Shown in pieces: positions 17,438 through 25,054 of a stretch of DNA of 25,054 nucleotides. Source of the stretch: Candidatus Cloacimonadota bacterium (GTDB taxonomy: Bacteria > Cloacimonadota > Cloacimonadia > Cloacimonadales > WRIO01). Numbering within the stretch: position 1 is the stretch's first letter; every line of letters begins with the position of its first letter. The notes below the pieces were generated by a model that searched no databases, was not told the DNA's origin, and was given only the letters and a program-made list of their open reading frames with translations. Location of the stretch: positions 1 through 25,054 of the forward strand of contig JAKQQL010000058.1 of assembly GCA_029564175.1 (NCBI GenBank), written 5' to 3'. The position numbers were made by a program, and so were the translations under genes.

Positions 17438-18292
17438 ATGAATTTTCAGGATATGATATTAAACTTACAGCGTTTCTGGGCTAAACAGGGGTGTTGTCTT
17501 TTACAACCTTATGACTCGGATATGGGTGCAGGGACATTTCATCCAGGGACTTTTTTTGGTGCTTTAGGCTCAAAGCCAACGGCTATTGCCTATCCTCAGC
17601 CTTGCAGAAGGCCAAAAGATGGCAGATATGGTGAAAATCCAAACCGTATGCAGCATTATTATCAGTTCCAGGTTATTATAAAACCTTCACCAGATAATAT
17701 CCAAAATCTCTACCTGGAGTCTCTCAAAGAAATCGGTATAGAAATCGAAAAACATGATATCCGCTTTGTTGAAGATGACTGGGAATCCCCAACTTTAGGC
17801 GCATGGGGTTTAGGATGGGAAGTATGGCTGGACGGAATGGAGATTTCTCAGTTTACTTATTTCCAGCAGGTTGGTGGTGTTGAAGTATCACCTGTGAGTG
17901 TAGAATTGACCTATGGTCTTGAACGAATTGCAATGTATATCCAAAACGTTGATAATTTTAAATATATTCAGTGGAATGATCAAACACAGTACGGAGAAAT
18001 ATTTTTCGACAGAGAAGTTGAATTTTCTAAGTTTAATTTTGAGACATCCAATGTAGAGAAATTATTCTCTGCATTTAAAGACTACGAGTTACAAGTCAAC
18101 GAACTGATAAACCATAAACTGGTTTATCCAGCTTATGATTATCTGTTAAAGTGTTCGCATGCATTCAATCTGCTTGATGCACATGGTGTTATCAGTGTTA
18201 CTGAAAGGGCTGCATATATTGGCAGAATCCGTAAAATGGCAAAAGATTGCGCACTCACATACCTGAACAATTACGAGAAAAAGTCTGAGTGA
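17438..18292 (+). CDS. glyQ: Glycine--tRNA ligase alpha subunit
   Basis: [60 protein letters not shown]; start moved to ATG 17438 (GGAG RBS). Confidence 0.97.
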   Translation: MNFQDMILNLQRFWAKQGCCLLQPYDSDMGAGTFHPGTFFGALGSKPTAIAYPQPCRRPKDGRYGENPNRMQHYYQFQVIIKPSPDNIQNLYLESLKEIGIEIEKHDIRFVEDDWESPTLGAWGLGWEVWLDGMEISQFTYFQQVGGVEVSPVSVELTYGLERIAMYIQNVDNFKYIQWNDQTQYGEIFFDREVEFSKFNFETSNVEKLFSAFKDYELQVNELINHKLVYPAYDYLLKCSHAFNLLDAHGVISVTERAAYIGRIRKMAKDCALTYLNNYEKKSE

Positions 18293-18314
18293 ATTAAATC
18301 AGAAAGGAATTATC

Positions 18315-19019
18315 ATGGGAAATCCGGATAAAACAAAGATTCATGAAATTATTAACAGTTATTTGATACCTGAAATGAAAGATCAGCTCTTGCAGGTAAT
18401 CCTCTATAATGATAAAGATCCTCATTCTGAGGATGTATTAATTATCACACAGTTAACAGATTTATCTAAATTAAAACAAGCTCAGAACTGTGTCAGTAAA
18501 TTGATGAAGAAAAATATACCTGCTCCATTTTTTATGACTCCTGAGTTTATCACGAGTTCACTGGATTCCTATCCCCTTGAATTTTTAAATATACAGACTG
18601 ATTATCAAAACATTTGGCAAAAAGATGATAAAGATTATCTCAAAAACCTGCATTTTGATAAACAATGGGTCAGACTTCAGGTTGAAAGAGAATTAAAAGG
18701 AAAATATCTGCTGATTTCTACACATTATATGGCTGTCAATTCTTCTGTATCGAGATTAAAACAGCTGGTATCTGAATCAATATTATCTCTTAAACCTGTT
18801 TTAAAAGGCATTCTTTTCCTGTTTGATGAAGAGATTTCTCCCTGTTACGAAGACTTAATTAGTCGTATTGAAGGCCGGTTGAATATTGAATTGAGGACAC
18901 TTTCACGTGCCTTTGATATCAGATTTGAAAAAATTAGCTTTAAACAACTTAATTCTGAACAATTTTTTGAGAACTATTTAAAAGAGTTGGAAGTTCTCTT
19001 TAAAAAAATAGAACAATAA
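18315..19019 (+). CDS. Nucleotidyltransferase-fold-like hypothetical protein with degenerate active site
   Basis: SSLDSYPLEFLNIQ and RLQVERELKGK match, from memory, a family often found near lemA/TPM genes; the GS..DxD motif is not intact. Confidence 0.6.
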   Translation: MGNPDKTKIHEIINSYLIPEMKDQLLQVILYNDKDPHSEDVLIITQLTDLSKLKQAQNCVSKLMKKNIPAPFFMTPEFITSSLDSYPLEFLNIQTDYQNIWQKDDKDYLKNLHFDKQWVRLQVERELKGKYLLISTHYMAVNSSVSRLKQLVSESILSLKPVLKGILFLFDEEISPCYEDLISRIEGRLNIELRTLSRAFDIRFEKISFKQLNSEQFFENYLKELEVLFKKIEQ

Positions 19020-19029
19020 GGATTTCCAA

Positions 19030-19590
19030 TTGAGCTTTATTACACTTTTACTGATAGCAGTTGGTTTATCAATTGATTGCTTTGCTGTGGCAATATCCAG
19101 TGGAATTGCCTTAAAATGTTTTCGAATTCGTTATGCCCTTCGGGTAGGTTTGTTTTTTGGTGGTTTTCAGGCACTAATGCCAGTCATTGGCTGGTTTGCA
19201 GGCTTAAGTTTTAAACAGTATATCGAAAATTATGATCATTGGGTGGCATTTGCCATGTTGGCTGCAATCGGAGGGAAAATGATTTATGAGGCGACTCTTT
19301 TGGAAGAAGCAGAAAAATCATGCGACCCCCGTAATCTGTTACTTGTTTTCGGTTTGGCAATAGCGACCAGTATTGATGCTCTGGCTGTTGGTATCAGTTT
19401 TTCCGTATTAGGCATCAGCATCTTAACCCCTGTATTGATTATCGGACTGGTTTCTTTTATTGCGGCATACTCAGGTATGTATATCGGTGATAAATTCGGA
19501 GATATCTTTGGTAATAAAGTGGAAATCTTTGGAGGTATCATACTGATACTCATTGGTTTAAAAATTTTGATTGAACATTTATTTTTTTAA
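19030..19590 (+). CDS. mntP: Manganese efflux pump MntP family
   Basis: AVGLSIDCFAV, FGGFQALMP, DHWVAF, ATSIDALAVG; about 6 TM; TTG start with AAGGA RBS. Confidence 0.92.
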   Translation: MSFITLLLIAVGLSIDCFAVAISSGIALKCFRIRYALRVGLFFGGFQALMPVIGWFAGLSFKQYIENYDHWVAFAMLAAIGGKMIYEATLLEEAEKSCDPRNLLLVFGLAIATSIDALAVGISFSVLGISILTPVLIIGLVSFIAAYSGMYIGDKFGDIFGNKVEIFGGIILILIGLKILIEHLFF

Positions 19591-19632
19591 AAGTGCTAAA
19601 CGAATGACTCTAACCAGCAAACCGGAGGAAAA

Positions 19633-20838
19633 TTGGAATCTATAAAAGAAATCTTTAAAATTGGTTTTGGTCCCTCAAGCAGTCATACCATGGGACCTCA
19701 AAAAGCAGCAGATGAGTTCAGACGAAAATATCCTCATGCAGATTCCTATAAAGTCATACTATATGGCAGTTTAGCTGCAACAGGAAAAGGGCACTTTACT
19801 GATCAGATTATTCTGAAAACACTCGGAGACAAAAAAACAAGCATTGAATGGAGAGCCGATGACTCACTGGCTTTACATCCGAACGGAATGGACTTTTTTG
19901 CCTATCAAAATCAAACAGAAATCGGTACCTGGCGAGTGTATAGTGTGGGTGGTGGTTCTATACGTGATGAGATTAATTTTGCTGAACGTGAAAACCAGAT
20001 TTATGAAATGAATACAATGGATGAAATTCTCTATTTTTGTAATCAGACTGGTCGTAGTTTCTGGGAATTAGTTGAAATTTATGAAGATAAAAGTATATGG
20101 AATCATCTTGAAAATGTATGGAAAACCATGAAAGATGTCATTAGCAGTGGATTGAACAATGAAGGTGTTTTGCCTGGTAATCTCAGAGTACCCCGAAAAG
20201 CGGCTCAATATCATATGAAAGCTGAGAATATGGGTTTTGTTTTAGGAGAAATTGGCTTAGTTTTTGCCTATGCACTGGCTGTATCAGAAGAAAATGCTTC
20301 TGGGAATGTGGTCGTAACCGCTCCTACCTGTGGTTCAGCAGGTGTTTTACCAGCTGTGTTGCTATTTCTAAAACAATCTTATCAGATTAATGAAGCCAGA
20401 ATCATCAAAGCACTGGCAACTGCTGGTTTAATCGGCAATATTGTAAAAACCAATGCCAGTATCTCAGGTGCTGAAGTAGGTTGTCAGGGAGAAATAGGAA
20501 CTGCCTGCGCAATGGCTTCTGCAGCTGCTGCTCAGCTATTGGGAGGATCTCCTACTCAGATTGAATATGCTGCTGAAATGGGCTTAGAGCATCATCTGGG
20601 ACTTACCTGTGATCCTATAAATGGCTTTGTACAAATTCCCTGTATTGAACGAAATGCCGTTGCTGCTACACGCTCTCTGGAATGTGCCGGATATTCACTC
20701 TTTTCAGATGGCAGACATAGAATTTCATTTGATCAGGTCGTTGAAACCATGGCCCAGACGGGTCGTGATTTACAGGCTCCATACAGAGAAACATCATTAG
20801 GCGGGCTAGCCAGAGAATGGAAAGGATACCGTCTCTAG
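19633..20838 (+). CDS. sdaA: Fe-S-dependent L-serine ammonia-lyase, single-chain form
   Basis: GPSSSHTMGP, GSLAATGKGH, TAPTCGSAG, GAEVGCQGE, LGLTCDP, PCIERN; TTG start with GGAGG RBS. Confidence 0.93.
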   Translation: MESIKEIFKIGFGPSSSHTMGPQKAADEFRRKYPHADSYKVILYGSLAATGKGHFTDQIILKTLGDKKTSIEWRADDSLALHPNGMDFFAYQNQTEIGTWRVYSVGGGSIRDEINFAERENQIYEMNTMDEILYFCNQTGRSFWELVEIYEDKSIWNHLENVWKTMKDVISSGLNNEGVLPGNLRVPRKAAQYHMKAENMGFVLGEIGLVFAYALAVSEENASGNVVVTAPTCGSAGVLPAVLLFLKQSYQINEARIIKALATAGLIGNIVKTNASISGAEVGCQGEIGTACAMASAAAAQLLGGSPTQIEYAAEMGLEHHLGLTCDPINGFVQIPCIERNAVAATRSLECAGYSLFSDGRHRISFDQVVETMAQTGRDLQAPYRETSLGGLAREWKGYRL

Positions 20839-20923
20839 TAATTATCCGCTTCGTAAATTAGGGATTTCTCAGTTTTTACTTGACAAATTCACTTTTATCG
20901 GTTTTTCTAATAAAGGAGGCTTT

Positions 20924-22771
20924 ATGAGAAAAATACATTTACTGCTGTTTGGAATAACGATGATTTTTTGTCTGCTTTCTGCCCAGGAAGTCATTACTGG
21001 TATAGGGGAAGACTTTCTCTTTGAAAAAGCAGATCAGAAAGCGATTATGGACTTGTGTTCACAGATCTCCGTACAGGTCAATGTACAATTTACCGAAAAA
21101 ACAAAGGCCGATAATCGATCAGAAGAACAGATTTCAGAGCAGTTGATTCAAACCTATTCCACAGTTATACTTGAGAACGTTAGTCGGGAAGTGCGTCAGG
21201 CTGAGGACGGCAAATGGATCGTGAAGCGAATTCTGAATAAGGAAGACAGAGCAAAGCTATTCAATCATCGAAAACAAAAGATTTTTCAATATATCCATTT
21301 TGCTGAACAGGCAGTATCTGCAAATGATTACGGTAATGCCCTGAAACATTATTACTGGGCGCTACTCCTTTTAAAAAGCCATCCAGACAAAAACAATATT
21401 CGCTACAATGATGATCAAAGCAGGGATGTTTTACTACCCTATTTGAACTCTAAAATTCAAAATCTACTTCATTCAATTCAGATAAATGTGTACAATAAAA
21501 AGGTGGAGAGAGATTTAACGACTTTTTATTTTAATGCCGGAACAGGCTCAAACCCTCTGTCTAATCTTAAGATAAGCTACTTTGATGGAATTCAGCCGGT
21601 AGAAACCCAGTTGAAAGATGGAAAAGGGATCATTTACCTTCCCAACTCTCTGGCTAATGATGAAAATCTGACCATTCAGATTGACTATGAATACAATGAC
21701 TTTTTAAAAGATATTCCTCAGGATGAAGAGGTTAAACTGGTAAAAGAAAGTCTGCAGCGGATTCCATTTGATAACCGCAAACGAATTGCCTTAAATCAAA
21801 TCAGTTCTCCTCTAGTAGGGTCTCAGGATAATCTTATTATCACCAGGAATCAGAACGCCAGTCAACAATCAGCCCAGGTAAACGGGAATAAAGATATGTC
21901 TTTGCAACAAATGGCAGAAACACCTGTGGATTTAGTTCAGGCAGTTGTTAATTACATCAGTTCAGGTCAAAAAACAAAAATTGAGGATATGTTCACTTCT
22001 CAGGGCTATACTCAGTTTAAAAAAGTATTATCATACGGTAAAGTAAAGATACATCCCGGAGCTCAGGAAATCAATACATATCAGATGGGCTCTCAACAGA
22101 TGGTTCGAAGCATCCCCCTTGAGATAGAATTAAAGGACAAAAACCGCAAGATACTAAAAGAAGATATCTCTCTGATACTTGAAAATAATAAAGTCGCATG
22201 GGTCAATTTTACGACAAATGATCAGTATATCAATGAAAGTCTGGCTAAAGGAGCAAAACTCGGTGATCAGGCAGAACGGCTCAAGTCAATCCAATTCCTT
22301 GAATATTATAAGACCATGTTTGCTCTCAAAGAAACAGACCGCATTGCAGACATCTTTGCTGATTCTGCACTGATTTTTATTGGTTATGTCAAAGCCAAAG
22401 CACCTGTAGATAAAAGACTGTCTGATGTGATCAATAAAGAACTTAAAAAAGAAGAAATAGCTGTTCAAAAACTAAGTAAAGATGAGTATATCGACCGTAT
22501 TCGAAAAATTTTTAACAGCAATACTGCAATCAATCTGAATTTTTCTGATGTACAAATTGCTAAAAGGTCTAGAGATAAAGCGATTTATATGGTTCAGCTC
22601 AAGCAGGATTATTATTCATCTAACTATTCAGATAAAGGTTATCTGGTGTTATTCTATGATTTAACCGATACTGATAATCCCCAGATTTTTTTCCGTTACT
22701 GGCAGCCTTCTAAAATGCAACCTGAAGAGCTTGAACAGGTTAACAGAATGTCTGGCAGATTTAGATTTTAA
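20924..22771 (+). CDS. Exported protein with LPP20-like N-terminus and possible NTF2-like C-terminus
   Basis: Signal peptide ending LSA-Q; GIG-ADQKAIMDLCSQISVQV; ALKHYYWALLLLKSHP; QDYYSSNYSDKGYL-PQIFFRYWQP; AAGGAGG RBS. Confidence 0.7.
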   Translation: MRKIHLLLFGITMIFCLLSAQEVITGIGEDFLFEKADQKAIMDLCSQISVQVNVQFTEKTKADNRSEEQISEQLIQTYSTVILENVSREVRQAEDGKWIVKRILNKEDRAKLFNHRKQKIFQYIHFAEQAVSANDYGNALKHYYWALLLLKSHPDKNNIRYNDDQSRDVLLPYLNSKIQNLLHSIQINVYNKKVERDLTTFYFNAGTGSNPLSNLKISYFDGIQPVETQLKDGKGIIYLPNSLANDENLTIQIDYEYNDFLKDIPQDEEVKLVKESLQRIPFDNRKRIALNQISSPLVGSQDNLIITRNQNASQQSAQVNGNKDMSLQQMAETPVDLVQAVVNYISSGQKTKIEDMFTSQGYTQFKKVLSYGKVKIHPGAQEINTYQMGSQQMVRSIPLEIELKDKNRKILKEDISLILENNKVAWVNFTTNDQYINESLAKGAKLGDQAERLKSIQFLEYYKTMFALKETDRIADIFADSALIFIGYVKAKAPVDKRLSDVINKELKKEEIAVQKLSKDEYIDRIRKIFNSNTAINLNFSDVQIAKRSRDKAIYMVQLKQDYYSSNYSDKGYLVLFYDLTDTDNPQIFFRYWQPSKMQPEELEQVNRMSGRFRF

Positions 22772-22943
22772 AAAAGAACTAACTATATGCATCACAAAGG
22801 ATTAGATTCTATGAAATCGTTAAAAAAGTATGCTTTCTGATATTAAGCCTGATGTGTAGTTTTACCTGTGTCCAACAAATCGAAATCAGCTGGTAACCTC
22901 TGAAATCATTCAATACAGCAAATATTTTAATACAGATTGAAGC

Positions 22944-22972
22944 AAAGGGTCTGGATTTCTCCAGACCCTTTT
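22944..22972. terminator. Bidirectional intrinsic terminator between convergent genes
   Basis: AAAGGGTCTGGA-TTTC-TCCAGACCCTTT, perfect 12-bp stem. Confidence 0.9.
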
Positions 22973-23002
22973 ATATTCGTGGTAAAAATGATTTTTAGTT
23001 AA

Positions 23003-24865
23003 TTATTTGATAAGGATCATTTTCCCACTGACATGGCTGGTATTGCTATGTAACTGGTAAAAGTAAATTCCGGTAGCGCATTTGTTATTGTTATCATCTT
23101 TACCATTCCAAGCAAGATGATGTTGTCCAGTTCTCAGATTGCTATATTGTTTTACTAACTGACCCTTGGAATTGAAAATTTTCATAGATGCCTGATCATT
23201 TTGTCCAACAGTTAGTTTGATATTTACAGGCTGATTTGCACTGATTGGATTTGGATATACATTCTCAATAAATGAATAAGCAGGAACAGGAGTAACAGTT
23301 TCATCATTGATAATCGTAACAGAAACAGGTCCAAAGTACTCAGAAGACCCATCACATTCAACAGATTGTAACCAGTAATAATAAGTTTGATTTGCTATTA
23401 CTTCAGTGTCAGTAAATGTATATTGCTGTTCGGTTGACTGATTGCCAGCACTAATGACTTGACCATTCATCCTGTCAGCTCCTGATAAAGAGGACTGTGA
23501 ATTTCTAAAAAGATAATAGCCAAAAAGGCTACTTTCTGATTGGGTTGTCCATTTGATACTAACAGTCTCTGAAGCAGTACATACAGCAGAGAATGAAGAA
23601 AGAGTAACAGGAAGAGTGGCATCAGGATTTTCACGTAATGTTGGATATTCACCAGGGTTTGTTTGCCAGATAGTATCCCAGTCCCAATTAGCAAAATTGC
23701 CAGATTGTAATAAGAAAGTCGATAAACCTGTTGAACTGTTAATGTTAGTATTAGGGTCGTTTGAACCACCAAATCCATCTATCAAAGTTGTTTCATTATC
23801 CCAGTATGTATCGTTAACATTAGAATATCCAATACTTCCGGCAATACTGCCAAAAGTATTGCTGTAAAATCCGGTTACATCGCCTGCATTGTAGCAATTT
23901 GTGATACTTGCAGTATTATTATATCCAACAAGACCACCTGCATAAGCAACGACATTTCCGTGTACAAGCCCTTTATTATAACAATTTAAAATAGTTGAGC
24001 TTTCATTTCTGCCTGCTAAACCACCAATCATAACACAATTTAATGTAGATGTAACTGAACCGAGGTTATAGCTTTCTTTGAGAACTGATGTACTGCCATT
24101 ATCTCCAACAACACCTCCGACAATACCTGTAACACCACCAATATTTCCAGTATTAAAACACTTATCAATCAATGAGTTTCCATTCTGACCTGCAATACCG
24201 CCGATAAGTTCACTGCTGTCACCAATACCAGTAATCGTAGCGGTATTGATACATTTTAAAACGGAAGCGGTTGTTTGATCTGGTTTAACGGTATAACCGA
24301 CGATTCCACCCACATATCTTTGAGCCGTAATTGATCCGCTGACTTTACAGTTATAAATCTGACTATCTTCATTGTAACCGGCAATACCTCCAGCATTCTG
24401 ATTACCTGTGATATTCACATTTACCAGTTCAAGGTTTTTAATTCCATAAGGTTCGGTAGATGGGAGATAATGGCAAATGTATCCAAATAGCCCTGAATTC
24501 CCCCAATAAGCAGTCTTGTTTTGATACAGATTGCTAATTTTAAAACCTTGACCATCATAACTACCATAGAATTTTGCAGAACTGTTCCCAATCGAGACCC
24601 AGCCCATTGGCACATTTGCTGTATTTACATCATTATCATGATCACCTATATTCCAGCTTGCAGTAACAGTAGCATCGATGTCAGCTGTCTGAATAAAATG
24701 GTAATACCATGAAGACTGATTTGTGCTCATCCAGTACAGATTATCCAGATTAGCAATCTGATATGGATCCGCAATAGTTCCTGAACCAAGAGGTTCAACC
24801 GCATTTTGAGCCAATAAAACGATTGCCATTAAACTGATTACAATCGCAAGAAACGTTTTTTTCAT
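23003..24865 (-). CDS. Secreted GLUG-motif beta-helical protein with C-terminal T9SS type A/FlgD-Ig-like sorting domain
   Basis: Signal peptide; GSGT-DPYQI; repeated GGIAG/GGLVG-CYNxG; LPVTLSSF linker; YPNP-IFNSKGQLVK-WNGKD-GIYFY-KMILIK; AGGAGG RBS. Confidence 0.88.
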   Translation of the reverse strand: MKKTFLAIVISLMAIVLLAQNAVEPLGSGTIADPYQIANLDNLYWMSTNQSSWYYHFIQTADIDATVTASWNIGDHDNDVNTANVPMGWVSIGNSSAKFYGSYDGQGFKISNLYQNKTAYWGNSGLFGYICHYLPSTEPYGIKNLELVNVNITGNQNAGGIAGYNEDSQIYNCKVSGSITAQRYVGGIVGYTVKPDQTTASVLKCINTATITGIGDSSELIGGIAGQNGNSLIDKCFNTGNIGGVTGIVGGVVGDNGSTSVLKESYNLGSVTSTLNCVMIGGLAGRNESSTILNCYNKGLVHGNVVAYAGGLVGYNNTASITNCYNAGDVTGFYSNTFGSIAGSIGYSNVNDTYWDNETTLIDGFGGSNDPNTNINSSTGLSTFLLQSGNFANWDWDTIWQTNPGEYPTLRENPDATLPVTLSSFSAVCTASETVSIKWTTQSESSLFGYYLFRNSQSSLSGADRMNGQVISAGNQSTEQQYTFTDTEVIANQTYYYWLQSVECDGSSEYFGPVSVTIINDETVTPVPAYSFIENVYPNPISANQPVNIKLTVGQNDQASMKIFNSKGQLVKQYSNLRTGQHHLAWNGKDDNNNKCATGIYFYQLHSNTSHVSGKMILIK

Positions 24866-25054
24866 TTTTCCTCCTACTTAACACACTTTTTGTGTTTTCT
24901 ACATTCATTTAAAAAGTTAAGTCCCAAATGTTGGTGTAAAGTTCCAACCCTTTGTTTTCAAAGTAATACAAGATTTTTTTTCTTATATTTCACTTCTATA
25001 TTGACTTTGATTACAATTTAAATTTTCTTTAGTCTATTTGTCAAGATCTTTTTG

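Noticed and set aside
19020..19029. yybP-ykoY manganese riboswitch before mntP
   Set aside because: Only 10 nt of intergenic space
22781..22861. Possible stem AACTATATGCATCA / TGATGTGTAGTT after the LPP20-like gene
   Set aside because: It needs a bulge and G-U pairs around a long unstructured interior, so it is compatible with chance
1380..24712. Short ORF-track entries overlapping long genes (e.g. 1380..1712, 13439..13705, 15067..15327, 16793..17056, 19284..19553, 23467..23778, 23553..23867)
   Set aside because: Antisense or out-of-frame shadows of well-supported CDSs, with no recognisable motifs

Overview
AT-rich bacterial chromosomal window with about 20 credible CDSs. It is probably Candidatus Cloacimonadota or a related FCB-group lineage; this is inferred from the style of the GLUG/C-terminal sorting-domain protein and a lineage-typical small basic protein. 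It carries housekeeping and metabolic genes (adenosine-kinase family, rpmB, TrmH, class-3 asparaginase, Nif3/DUF34, CDF exporter, glyQ without glyS, mntP, single-chain sdaA), an AhpD/CMD-GAF (fRMsr-like) fusion and three histidine kinases with no response regulator. Two of the kinases sit in a coupled operon with a stand-alone Cache lipoprotein. There are also a large FHA protein, two LPP20-like exported proteins and a GLUG protein. The most unusual signal is non-coding: a ~235-nt nested hairpin (17064-17301) with G-U-supported + strand pairing, a purine-rich GGA-repeat apical loop and a terminal T-tract. It lies head-to-head with a 181-aa basic protein that has HMG-box-like motifs in permuted order. 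A second ~100-nt hairpin (682-786) and a degenerate REP-like cluster (13864-13947) were also seen. No rRNA, tRNA, CRISPR array or transposase was recognised. All family calls are by eye, without database searches.
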